A stretch of DNA of 64,000 nucleotides from Spirochaetales bacterium (lineage in GTDB: Bacteria > Spirochaetota > Spirochaetia > SZUA-6 > RPPD01), in contig JAFGGG010000021.1 of NCBI GenBank assembly GCA_016930675.1, positions 38,905-102,904 of the forward strand, written 5' to 3'. Positions within the stretch are counted from its first letter, which is position 1. The number at the start of each line of letters is the position of its first letter. The notes below the pieces were generated by a model. That model did no database searches. It saw only the letters and a list, made by a program, of their open reading frames with translations, and was not told where the DNA came from. Shown one piece after another: positions 48,050 to 57,204 of this stretch. Both the position numbers and the translations under genes were made by a program.

Positions 48050-49176
48050 TCTTCTCCTTTCTGACCGGAAGCCTCAGGCTTTCCGTCCTGTTGTGGTTTT
48101 TTTTCCAGTTTTTGTGTCTTGTCAAAGGCTGCGGTACCCAGTACCGAACCCAAAGACATGGTCCCAACCGCGTCTGAGGGCAGCAGAATGATAGAACCGT
48201 TTTTTCTTAATCCCTCATAAATCATATTCATGGCCCTTAAATGCAGGGCGGTGGGATTGTCTTTATATTTCTGAGCCGCCTGTTCAAACTTTTTTGATAT
48301 CTCCACTTCCGCGGTACCTAGGATTACCCGCGACTGCCGTTCCCGCTCGGCCTGAGCCACACGGGACATAGCGTCTTCCAGTTCTTTGGGAATGATAATA
48401 TCCCGAATTTCGATGGAAAGAATGGTAATACCCCAGGGATTGGTCTTTTGCTCCAGAATCTGTTGGATCTCCTTGCCCAGCCTGTCCCGTTCGGAAAGCA
48501 GAGTCGCTAAATCGTGTTTGCCGATGGCGTCACGCAGCGCGGTTTGCGCCGAAAGGATAACCGCGTCCATAAAGTTTTCCACTTCCAGAATGGCTTTCTT
48601 GGCATCCCAGATCATCCAGAAGGCAATGGCATCCACATGCACCGGCACCGTGTCTTTGGTGAGGGTGGTTTCTGCGGAAAAATCTGTTGATCTGATACGG
48701 GTATCTACGAACTGCGCCACTTTTTCTATCAAAGGCAGAATAAAAAACAGACCGGGCCCTTTCAAACGCTTGAATCTGCCAAAACGCAGGATTACGGCCT
48801 TCTCCCAATGCTGCGCCAGCTGAAAACAGGGAAATATCAGCAGCCCGGCGCTTATCACAGAAAAAAGCGGAATAAAGCTCATATCCAGCCAGGCAAACAT
48901 AATAAGCCAGCCGCCAGCAATGAATTTGATAACCATGCTCCATTGAGGTAATACTATTATGATGGCACTGGCCACTAACACACCCGCAGCCACATATACA
49001 ATATGGAGAATATCTATACCGGGGTATAGATACAGCTGAGTCCCGATTCCCGCTGCCAGAAATAAAACCAGAATAAACAGGGCAAACGCATGAGAACGGA
49101 AATCCGTTTCCACATGCGGTATCGCAATGTTTTTGATAAGTTGTGAAGTAATGTTTTTAGGTTTCATAGACACCAT
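48046..49176 (-). CDS. SPFH/band-7 (stomatin-like) membrane protein with polytopic N-terminal region and acidic/Lys-rich tail
   Basis: Band 7 core (…VDTRIRSTDFSAETTLTKDTVPVHVDAIAFW…AQAERERQ…). Confidence 0.75.
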   Translation of the reverse strand: MVSMKPKNITSQLIKNIAIPHVETDFRSHAFALFILVLFLAAGIGTQLYLYPGIDILHIVYVAAGVLVASAIIIVLPQWSMVIKFIAGGWLIMFAWLDMSFIPLFSVISAGLLIFPCFQLAQHWEKAVILRFGRFKRLKGPGLFFILPLIEKVAQFVDTRIRSTDFSAETTLTKDTVPVHVDAIAFWMIWDAKKAILEVENFMDAVILSAQTALRDAIGKHDLATLLSERDRLGKEIQQILEQKTNPWGITILSIEIRDIIIPKELEDAMSRVAQAERERQSRVILGTAEVEISKKFEQAAQKYKDNPTALHLRAMNMIYEGLRKNGSIILLPSDAVGTMSLGSVLGTAAFDKTQKLEKKPQQDGKPEASGQKGEE

Positions 49177-49573
49177 CCTTTGTTTTTGGATCAGTTATTT
49201 CCAGCTCTTTCAAAGCTTTTATAAGTTCCTGCAGGGAAAAGCCGTACGACGATGCTTTACTGATAAAGTCTCTTAAAAGCTCCGCCAACACCCTCTCCCG
49301 CTCTATATCATCCAGTTCTATTTTTTTGTCGCTGATAAAGGTTCCTGTTCCCTGTTGTGTGGTAACAATTCCCCTTATTTCCAGCTCACTGTAAGCCCTG
49401 GCCACGGTATTGGGATTTATCTGAAGATCAACAGCCAGACCCCTAACCGTGGGCAGCTGATCTCCTGTCTCCAGACGTCCGTCTGCAATGGCCATTTCTA
49501 TCTGTAGGATTATCTGTTTGTAGAACGGAACCCCGCTCTTGGGATCCAGGGTGAAAGCTAAAACTCGTACCAC
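49157..49573 (-). CDS. GntR-family transcriptional regulator, short YtrA-like subtype
   Basis: GntR wHTH (…PTVRGLAVDLQINPNTVARAYSELE…), 138 aa. It overlaps the SPFH gene by 20 nt and sits as the first gene of the ABC operon. Confidence 0.8.
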   Translation of the reverse strand: MVRVLAFTLDPKSGVPFYKQIILQIEMAIADGRLETGDQLPTVRGLAVDLQINPNTVARAYSELEIRGIVTTQQGTGTFISDKKIELDDIERERVLAELLRDFISKASSYGFSLQELIKALKELEITDPKTKDGVYET

Positions 49574-49582
49574 ATGTTCACC

Positions 49583-49650
49583 TCATATTGTATCAATGTA
49601 ATAGTACAATAATAATTTAGTACATTAATACAACAATGTCAAGATTTTTT
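49583..49650. promoter_or_regulatory. Candidate YtrA-type operator: ATTGTA-N12-TACAAT inverted repeat plus direct repeats TAGTACAATAATA / TAGTACATTAATA
   Basis: Seen directly upstream of the GntR gene start. GT..AC-containing palindromes are typical of GntR operators. Confidence 0.35.
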
Positions 49651-49651
49651 T

Positions 49652-49678
49652 AAAAAAAAGCCGGGATTTCCCCGGCTG
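49652..49678 (-). terminator. Rho-independent terminator after Hsp20 gene (AGCCGGGgaaatCCCGGCT + U8)
   Basis: Perfect 6-7 bp GC stem with a T8 run on the minus strand. Confidence 0.75.
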
Positions 49679-49700
49679 TCTATAATCTTCCTATGCTATC

Positions 49701-50063
49701 CTATTTAGCCACCACATTGATCTTTCTGGGTTTCTCGGATTCCTTTATTCCCAGGGTTACGGTGAGCAGGCCTTTTTCCAGAGAGGCGTTGATTTTTGAA
49801 CGGTCTATAGTATCGTCAATCACATACTTCTGATAAAAATCACCTTCATATATTTCCTTCATCAAAATATTTCCCGTTTCGGTAATTTCCTGTCTGGCGC
49901 CGTGTATCGTCAATTCATTACCGTCTATCTTGATATCCAACTTATCCTTTGTTACTCCGGGCATTTCCAACCTCAATATGATATTACCGTCGTCTTCGTA
50001 AACATCACAACATGCCCTCAATGTTCTTTTTGATTTTGCTTGTATTTGCTTTTTCTCTGCCAT
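49701..50063 (-). CDS. Small heat-shock protein, Hsp20/alpha-crystallin family
   Basis: Alpha-crystallin domain …DKLDIKIDGNELTIHGARQ…. Confidence 0.85.
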   Translation of the reverse strand: MAEKKQIQAKSKRTLRACCDVYEDDGNIILRLEMPGVTKDKLDIKIDGNELTIHGARQEITETGNILMKEIYEGDFYQKYVIDDTIDRSKINASLEKGLLTVTLGIKESEKPRKINVVAK

Positions 50064-50069
50064 AAGCTC

Positions 50070-50540
50070 TTACCTCCCTTCTTCCATTATATTGACTGTA
50101 ATTTGTTTGGGCTTTGCCTCCTCCTTTTTAGGCAAAGTAATGGTCAATATTCCATTTTTAAGCTCCGCCTGTACCTTTTCGGATTCCACGGAAGTAGGCA
50201 AAGATAATGTTCGCTGAAAACCTCCTGAGAGCGACTCTTTTCGATAATATTTGCCTTTCTTCTCCTCTTTATCCTCTTTTTTCTCTCCTTTGATTGTCAG
50301 CACATTTGAGGTAATGGACACATCGATGTCTTTCAGTTCAATTCCGGGAAGCTCGCTGATCACTTTATAGTTATCCGGATTCTCGATAACATCAATCGCA
50401 GGTGATACAGGCCTGTCGAAAAGACCGCTGGTTGTGGGAAAACGGTCGATATCGAAAAGATCATTAATTTCAGTTTGCAGTCGGGACAGTTCACTCCAAG
50501 GATCGTACATGTCGTTTTTCTTCCATCTTATAATAGCCAT
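50070..50540 (-). CDS. Small heat-shock protein, Hsp20/alpha-crystallin family
   Basis: Alpha-crystallin domain …LKDIDVSITSNVLTIKGEKK…. Confidence 0.85.
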   Translation of the reverse strand: MAIIRWKKNDMYDPWSELSRLQTEINDLFDIDRFPTTSGLFDRPVSPAIDVIENPDNYKVISELPGIELKDIDVSITSNVLTIKGEKKEDKEEKKGKYYRKESLSGGFQRTLSLPTSVESEKVQAELKNGILTITLPKKEEAKPKQITVNIMEEGR

Positions 50541-50860
50541 AACACACCTCCTTAATAAATTTATATTGCACTAATGTAAATGCAAAGAATATGCCAATTT
50601 ACAATATTTTTAATTTCTTATATTATATAGAGTTATATTGTTATTAACATGAAATATGTTAATAATTCGGGTAATAATGCAACAATACAATACCTGATCA
50701 TTATTATAATTTGTGGTATTTTGACCCAAAATATCTATTTAAAAATAATCACCATGTGTCAATTTGATACATACATGTCATTATAATTTCTCTATAGGTT
50801 TTCTAAAATAGAGTAGATTTTTTCTAAAAATTATTTTACATTAACAATGAGGGAGAAAAG

Positions 50861-51505
50861 ATGAGTAACTATTATTTCGCCCTTGGCGTGAGCAAAGAAG
50901 CCGATTCGGCAAAAATCAAAAAAGCCTACCGGACATTTTGCAAACAATACCATCCTGATGTAACCCGCAGTCCTGCTGATAAGCAAAAATTCTTAAAGGT
51001 GCAGGAGGCATATGAAACACTGTCCGATCCGGAAAAAAGAAAGCGTTATGACAAAACTCTTGGCCGAAAAAATACGGACATTGGCATCTCCACTAATTGG
51101 CAAAGCGTAAAGCAGCGAACCGCATTCTCTCATTCCCTGGAACGCTTTCACAGTTTTATCGACGATTTTTTTGAGGGTTTTTTAAGCGGATTCTACGAAG
51201 AAGGCTTAGCAAAAGAAAAAGAACTCTATCTTGAGCTTATTCTTTCACCGGAAGAAGCGCGTCAAGGCGGAGTATTTCCTATAAATATCCCTGTAGCGGA
51301 ATCCTGCGAGGAATGCTCGGGCAGTGGTGTCTGGTTTCACTCCGTTTGTCCGGCCTGCTCCGGTTACGGCAAGATTAAAAGTTCACGAGTTTTTAATCTG
51401 CATGTACCTGCCGGAGTGAGCCATGGTTCACAGGCGCGAGTTTCACTGGAAGGAATCGGCCTGAATAATGTGTTCCTGATTATCGATATTAGTATCGCCC
51501 AATAA
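50861..51505 (+). CDS. J-domain protein with a single CxxCxGxG zinc-finger pair (truncated DnaJ-like)
   Basis: J domain with HPD (YRTFCKQYHPDV), then CEECSGSGVWFHSVCPACSGYGKI. No DnaJ C-terminal domains. Confidence 0.75.
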   Translation: MSNYYFALGVSKEADSAKIKKAYRTFCKQYHPDVTRSPADKQKFLKVQEAYETLSDPEKRKRYDKTLGRKNTDIGISTNWQSVKQRTAFSHSLERFHSFIDDFFEGFLSGFYEEGLAKEKELYLELILSPEEARQGGVFPINIPVAESCEECSGSGVWFHSVCPACSGYGKIKSSRVFNLHVPAGVSHGSQARVSLEGIGLNNVFLIIDISIAQ

Positions 51506-51522
51506 TAGTTAAATTCATATCT

Positions 51523-52275
51523 TCAGCTTCCAACCTGATAATCCCTATATTCTACATTACTGTCCTGAATCTGATAAACACGATACTTTCTGTGAGGAGC
51601 ACAAAAGGCCGGCCCAACCGAAAAAAAGGTCCCCGATTTGTTTAACATTTTCATTCCCTTGTGGTAGTGACCGCTTAAGCACATGAGAACAAGCCCCGAA
51701 GTAACAATTTCCTGTTGTAACCGTTTATAATCCTTATAGCTGTAAGCATAATCTTCTTCCGGCGGATCGGTAAGCAGATAATGCTGGAAATGAATCTGCC
51801 GCTGTTTTGCCGGATCCGAAAGCATTTTTTGAAATTTTAAGAGCTCCCGGCCCCTGCGCTCAGGTATCCGCTTATCACTCAGGCTGTCGGCAAAGCATAC
51901 TATTGTGTATCCTCCTATTTCCTCTAGATCAATTTTTCGGTCAAATACCTGCCAGAAAGCCATCTCATGGTCGTGATTACCCGGCAATATCATATATTTT
52001 AGTTTACTTGCATCTAAGATATCACGTATTTTATGATAACTTTCTACTATATTTTGTAACGCTAAAGTTGAACTATTCATAAGGAGATTTATAGAATCTT
52101 GCTCAGCGATCTCTAATATATCACCCGGAATTATTAAAATATCGACGTTTAAACCGGAAATCCGTGAAATCGTCTGCTCAAGTAATTCATATTCCATTTT
52201 TCCAGATGGAAGCGATTCGGATTCGCTTTTATCTATCACCGGAAGATGCAGATCTGAAACATGAGCTATACGCAC
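51523..52275 (-). CDS. Calcineurin-like metallophosphoesterase
   Basis: Motifs HVSDLH, GDILE and GNHD. Confidence 0.75.
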   Translation of the reverse strand: MRIAHVSDLHLPVIDKSESESLPSGKMEYELLEQTISRISGLNVDILIIPGDILEIAEQDSINLLMNSSTLALQNIVESYHKIRDILDASKLKYMILPGNHDHEMAFWQVFDRKIDLEEIGGYTIVCFADSLSDKRIPERRGRELLKFQKMLSDPAKQRQIHFQHYLLTDPPEEDYAYSYKDYKRLQQEIVTSGLVLMCLSGHYHKGMKMLNKSGTFFSVGPAFCAPHRKYRVYQIQDSNVEYRDYQVGS

Positions 52276-52286
52276 AGCATTATTTC

Positions 52287-52703
52287 CTATTCGCCCATGA
52301 CCTGCACAAAAACCCTGCGCGATCGCTGTCTGTTGTCATGATCGATGACCACAATCTGCTGCCAGGTTCCCAAAATCATTTCACCGTCACTGAGCGGCAC
52401 GGTAATCCCAGGGCCCATAATGGTAGCGCGAATATGAGAAAAGCCGTTATCATCACCCCATGTTTGCGAGTGGCGAGTGGGCTTGCGACTCGACACGAAC
52501 TCTTCCAATTGATCGCGTACATCTTCCACTAAAGCCGGCTCATATTCAATCGTTGAAATGGAAGCGGTGGAGCCCACTGCAAACACTCCCACCAGACCGT
52601 TTTTTATTTTCGATTGATTGACAATCAGCTCTACCTGTTTCGTAATATTCTTAATATCCGAAAAGCCTTTTGTTGTTAACGTAATTTCCTGACCGAATAC
52701 CAT
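52287..52703 (-). CDS. YjbQ/UPF0047 family protein (secondary thiamine-phosphate synthase enzyme family)
   Basis: 138 aa with the typical YjbQ conserved core. Confidence 0.7.
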   Translation of the reverse strand: MVFGQEITLTTKGFSDIKNITKQVELIVNQSKIKNGLVGVFAVGSTASISTIEYEPALVEDVRDQLEEFVSSRKPTRHSQTWGDDNGFSHIRATIMGPGITVPLSDGEMILGTWQQIVVIDHDNRQRSRRVFVQVMGE

Positions 52704-52897
52704 GGGATCTCCTCCTAATATTCAGAATTCTGATATATGTAAGTTTACTCTATCTATGAAAATAATGTAAAGATCTCTTCTATATATTTAGAACTCCTGA
52801 TTTAGCAAAGCAGTACTTATTTTAAGATATCAGTTCGCTTGACGGAACGGATATTTTCTTATATAAATGATTTTTTACATTACGCAAAGAGGTAATT

Positions 52898-54160
52898 ATG
52901 GCAGATTTTCAATCACTTTCCCATCAGGATAAACAGCAATTGAAGGATTCTTTACAGAAGCGCATCAATGAGTATAAAGCGCAGGTCTTACAGCTGGATA
53001 TGACCCGCGGCAAACCAGGACCGGAACAGCTTGATATCTGCAATGATCTTTTAACCTGCGTGGATGAAAACCACTTCATGACGGGGGGAGGAGTGGATAC
53101 CCGTAATTACGGGATTTTAGACGGAATCACGGAAGCAAAAGAACTTTTTGCGGATTTTATGGGCGCAGCTAAAAATGAAATAATCGTCGGAGGTAACTCC
53201 AGCCTCAATATGATGTACGACATTTTCGCCCAACTCATGACACACGGCAGCTCTACAGACAGTACGCCATGGTTCTCGCGTAAAAAGAAGTTCATCTGTC
53301 CGGTACCGGGATATGACCGTCACTTCACTATCTGCCAGCGTTTCGGTATTGAGATGATCAATGTGGATATGACAGAGTTTGGTCCTGATATCACCATGAT
53401 CGAGGAGCTTGTTAAAAATGACGGCGATATTGTGGGTATGTGGTGCGTGCCGCGCTACAGCAATCCTACCGGGTACACCTGTTCCTCTGAAATTGTTGAA
53501 CGCCTGGCGGCCATGCCAACCAAATGCAAAGACTTCCGGATTTTTTGGGATGATGCCTACGCTGTTCATTTTTTAAATGACGCGCCTGATAAATTGCTCA
53601 ACCTGCTTGACGCCTGTAAAAAAGCCGGTAATCCGGATCGTGTTTTTATTTTTTCTTCGACTTCAAAAGTGAGCTTCCCGGGCGGCGGTGTTGCCATGCT
53701 GGCGGCAAGTGAAAAAAACTGTGCCTGGCTCAAAGAGCGGCTTTTTGCTCAGACCATCGGTCCGGATAAGATAAATATGCTGCGCCATGTTATATACTTT
53801 AAAGATTTGGCAGGCATTTTAAAGCACATGAAAAAACAGGCTAATATTATCGCTCCCAAATTCACGGCCGTGCATGATATTCTTACAGGGGAGCTTGCGG
53901 GAAAAGGAATTGCTTCATGGACCAAGCCCGCAGGCGGTTATTTTATCAGTTTAAACACCTTGGACAATTGCGCAAAGAGAGTAGTCGCTTTAGCGGGTGA
54001 ACTGGGAGTAAAACTCACTCCCGCCGGTGCCACATTTCCATATAAAAAAGATCCCCTCGACAGAAATATCAGAATCGCACCTACCTTCCCCGGCCTGGAT
54101 GATCTTAAAAAAGCCACGGAAGTCTTGGCTGTATGCATTCAGTACATTAGCTTGGGATAA
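52898..54160 (+). CDS. PLP-dependent aminotransferase, class I/II fold
   Basis: NPTG (SNPTGYTC) and the S-x-S-K PLP lysine (SSTSKVSFPGG). Confidence 0.75.
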   Translation: MADFQSLSHQDKQQLKDSLQKRINEYKAQVLQLDMTRGKPGPEQLDICNDLLTCVDENHFMTGGGVDTRNYGILDGITEAKELFADFMGAAKNEIIVGGNSSLNMMYDIFAQLMTHGSSTDSTPWFSRKKKFICPVPGYDRHFTICQRFGIEMINVDMTEFGPDITMIEELVKNDGDIVGMWCVPRYSNPTGYTCSSEIVERLAAMPTKCKDFRIFWDDAYAVHFLNDAPDKLLNLLDACKKAGNPDRVFIFSSTSKVSFPGGGVAMLAASEKNCAWLKERLFAQTIGPDKINMLRHVIYFKDLAGILKHMKKQANIIAPKFTAVHDILTGELAGKGIASWTKPAGGYFISLNTLDNCAKRVVALAGELGVKLTPAGATFPYKKDPLDRNIRIAPTFPGLDDLKKATEVLAVCIQYISLG

Positions 54161-54177
54161 TATATAATTTTATCTTA

Positions 54178-54256
54178 TTTCTCACGGAGCATACGGAGGA
54201 AACAGAGATATTGAGTTTACTTTTTTTCTCCTTGTTCTCTTTGAGCTCTGTGTGAA
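54178..54256. repeat. Intergenic inverted-repeat element, copy B (reverse orientation relative to copy A)
   Basis: TTCTCACGGAGCATACGGAGGAAACAGAGATAT…TTTCTCC…CTCTTTGAGCTCTGTGTG aligns nearly base-for-base with the reverse complement of 4013-4094. Confidence 0.6.
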
Positions 54257-54286
54257 ATTTTATCAACTATTTTTTCGCAATCAACA

Positions 54287-55108
54287 CTATAAATAACTAT
54301 GTGGACCTTCAAGCAAATAACTAACCCCGAACAGAGTAAAAAGCGTAAACAAGAATCCAATTATACAAAGCAAAGCACTTAACTTACCACGCCACTTTCT
54401 GAAAAAGCGGGTATGCAAATATGCTGTATAGGTAAGCCAGGTAATAAAGGCCCAGGTCTCTTTTGGATCATCAAAGCTCCAGTATCTTCCCCAGGCGTGA
54501 CGTGCCCAGATGGCTCCGCAGATCAGCGCCCCCGCGGTAAAAATCAAATAACCGATAACAACAGTCCGGTATAAAAGCTTTTCCAGCTCCTGCTTTTGGT
54601 TATCATCATGCTGCAAAAGATAGATAATGGAAACAACAAAAGCGACCAAGAAAAATGCCTCTCCGATAAAGGCCAGAGACACATGCAGTACCAGCCACAG
54701 GGAACGCAGTTCAGGAATCGGTACGTGTACCGCATCGCGCATAAGCGGGGAAGAGGCGATTGCCAATAATAAAAGGCTGATTAAGCTTCCGCCCAGCACT
54801 ATAAAATGAATTAACTTTTGCACATATATCAACCTATAAATAAAAAGTAAAAGCATGCTTACCGCCGAGAAAAAGACCAAACATTCAACAATTGTGGTAA
54901 GCGCGACAAAACCGATAAGCAGGCTGCGTAAGGCCGTATACAGAAACAGAAACACGGCCGCGCTTAAAAGCAGCCAATGGCTGACAGGATCAGTTTTTTC
55001 TTTACGCTTGATGATATATACAATTTGCACTGAGATCGCCGAGATCTGCAGCATAAAAGCCACCAAGGCGCACACCTTGAGTATAAGAAGCAATGCTCCG
55101 GTTGTCAT
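54287..55108 (-). CDS. ccsA: Cytochrome c biogenesis protein CcsA (System II)
   Basis: Trp-rich WWD-type motif WARHAWGRYWSFDDPKETWAFITW. Polytopic. Confidence 0.8.
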   Translation of the reverse strand: MTTGALLLILKVCALVAFMLQISAISVQIVYIIKRKEKTDPVSHWLLLSAAVFLFLYTALRSLLIGFVALTTIVECLVFFSAVSMLLLFIYRLIYVQKLIHFIVLGGSLISLLLLAIASSPLMRDAVHVPIPELRSLWLVLHVSLAFIGEAFFLVAFVVSIIYLLQHDDNQKQELEKLLYRTVVIGYLIFTAGALICGAIWARHAWGRYWSFDDPKETWAFITWLTYTAYLHTRFFRKWRGKLSALLCIIGFLFTLFTLFGVSYLLEGPHSYL

Positions 55109-56151
55109 AGTTTCGTATCTCCCGTTTTTTGCAAAAAAGTAAGCCCTAGACCGCAGATGAACAGCACACCCGCGCCAATTATAAACTCCGCATCACTTTT
55201 TTCTTTAATGATAAACCGATAGGCAAGCAGGAGATCATGCACTATAAACGGGCCGATCTTATCTCCCCGGTTCTTGATTATCGTACGGCTTTCAATATCA
55301 CTCTCCTGCTCAACAAATAACGCGGCTAAATAAAATTCGCTGGACAACGTATGCTTATTTTCTTGATCTCTGGAATACTCAGGTGAAATGCCTTTGAAGA
55401 TGAAATTCCGATTTTCCATCCTGAATCCTATGCCCGGTTTTAGTTCATAGTACTCCAGATTTTCATCTTTCAGGATTAAAACCTGCTCCCAAAAATCCGG
55501 CTGCCGTGAGATAATGAAATTATCAAATTCCAAGATTTTTTCATTGGCTAACCAACCTTCCTTGATGAGTACACCGTTTTTACTTACTTTATAATACAGG
55601 TCTATGGATGAGTTTTCAGCTAAATCTTTTGGAATAGAAAGCTGGTGGAACATTTCAATTTTATGTCCTGAAGATAGTAAAGCGCTCCCCCCTTCAGGAA
55701 TAACAACCTCCTGCTCCTGAAAACGCAAAGAAGCAATACCGGAAGCAATAAATAAAAGAATACTTATATGAATGAGGTCAGGGCCGAAGCGCAGTGGTGC
55801 CTTATGTAAAAACCGCGCAATAATCCGTGAGAAAGTACAGATAATGAGATTAATAAAAAACAGAAATAGCGGAATTAAAAAAATAGATGAACGGTAAAAA
55901 TTATAATAATGCGTCAGGATAATCAGCCGGGCTATGAATCCCGGATAATGAGTGAGATAAAATGTTTCAGCCTGCCCTTGAGGAACGAATGTTGCAGTTA
56001 AAAACAATATGATAAGCAGAACAATCATGGCAACAGCCAGTTTTGGAGACTTCAAAAAGTTTAATATTTTTTTTAACCGTGCTGCTTTCATATTTTGCAT
56101 ATGATGAATGCCATCTTGGCATAGAAATAACTTTATGACAACCGACGTCAC
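55105..56151 (-). CDS. resB: Cytochrome c biogenesis protein ResB/Ccs1-like (System II)
   Basis: ResB-like topology. Its stop overlaps the ccsA start (ATGA). Confidence 0.65.
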   Translation of the reverse strand: MTSVVIKLFLCQDGIHHMQNMKAARLKKILNFLKSPKLAVAMIVLLIILFLTATFVPQGQAETFYLTHYPGFIARLIILTHYYNFYRSSIFLIPLFLFFINLIICTFSRIIARFLHKAPLRFGPDLIHISILLFIASGIASLRFQEQEVVIPEGGSALLSSGHKIEMFHQLSIPKDLAENSSIDLYYKVSKNGVLIKEGWLANEKILEFDNFIISRQPDFWEQVLILKDENLEYYELKPGIGFRMENRNFIFKGISPEYSRDQENKHTLSSEFYLAALFVEQESDIESRTIIKNRGDKIGPFIVHDLLLAYRFIIKEKSDAEFIIGAGVLFICGLGLTFLQKTGDTKL

Positions 56152-56202
56152 AAGATAAAAATACCCCTTGCTGATAAAGCGAATATTGCCTAATATAAAA
56201 CC

Positions 56203-56964
56203 ATGAAATATAAATTAGAAACAATTCCCGTCTGGGATGCTTTTAAAGAAAATGGTGAATGTCCGCTCTGCACTTTGGAAGAAAAAAATGAAAAAAACTA
56301 TATTCGCTTTTTTTTAGGCGATTCGGTTATGGATCCTGACACTCGCGTTCAAGTGAATAAAACAGGCTTTTGCGCGCAACACGCCGCGTTACTTTTTAGC
56401 GGAGGCCATAAACAGGGTTTGGGATTGATGATGCATACCTTTTTACTGGAGACCATACCGCAGGTTGAGGTTTACGCAAAAGCACTTAGCAATAAAGCAC
56501 AAGATTTGACAAAAAAAAACGTTTTAACCGCTGTCATAGCAAAGGACAGGACACTCAATACCGCCATTGATAATCTGGCTAAGTATGCAGAGCAAAATAC
56601 TAGAGCGTGTATCTTTTGCCACAGACTTGAGCAGACACTGCTGCGCTATACGTTTACGATAATATATCTTTGGAAAAAAGATCCTGAGTTTAAAAAAACC
56701 TTAAGCACTTCAAAAGGTTTCTGTTTAAAACATCTCCCCATGGTATTACGTATGGCTAAAACCGAGTTATCGGGAGCACAAAGTGGTATGTTCTTTAAAA
56801 TGCTTATTCCATTAGAAGTGCAAAGTCTGAAACGCTTGGAACAGGAAATATTATGGTTTACCCAAAAGTTTGAGTACGCAAATAGAGATAAGCCGTGGAA
56901 AACTTCCAAGGACGCTTTACAGCGCACTTTACAAAAACTTACAGGAGGAGTGTATAGCGAGTAA
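56203..56964 (+). CDS. Hypothetical protein with two tandem CxxC…FCxxH modules
   Basis: GECPLCTLEE…FCAQHA and CIFCHRLE…FCLKHL. Divergent from resB-ccsA. Confidence 0.5.
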   Translation: MKYKLETIPVWDAFKENGECPLCTLEEKNEKNYIRFFLGDSVMDPDTRVQVNKTGFCAQHAALLFSGGHKQGLGLMMHTFLLETIPQVEVYAKALSNKAQDLTKKNVLTAVIAKDRTLNTAIDNLAKYAEQNTRACIFCHRLEQTLLRYTFTIIYLWKKDPEFKKTLSTSKGFCLKHLPMVLRMAKTELSGAQSGMFFKMLIPLEVQSLKRLEQEILWFTQKFEYANRDKPWKTSKDALQRTLQKLTGGVYSE

Positions 56965-57204
56965 ACAAACCGGCAGTAACGCCGGCGGCGTTTTATGAGT
57001 TAAAAATTACGGTTAAGCACTTTATTAAAAATATAAAACATGATAATTTATTTCAAACAACCAACCTCCTGTTATCTGGCGGTTGTTTGTTAAGGGCATG
57101 AGATCAAAATAAAACTTACCTATAAATCAGGAAAAAAGCATTTTTGATACGCCCGTAATTAATTTATTATATGCAGCATATATATCATTGTAAGAGGAGT
57201 GAAT

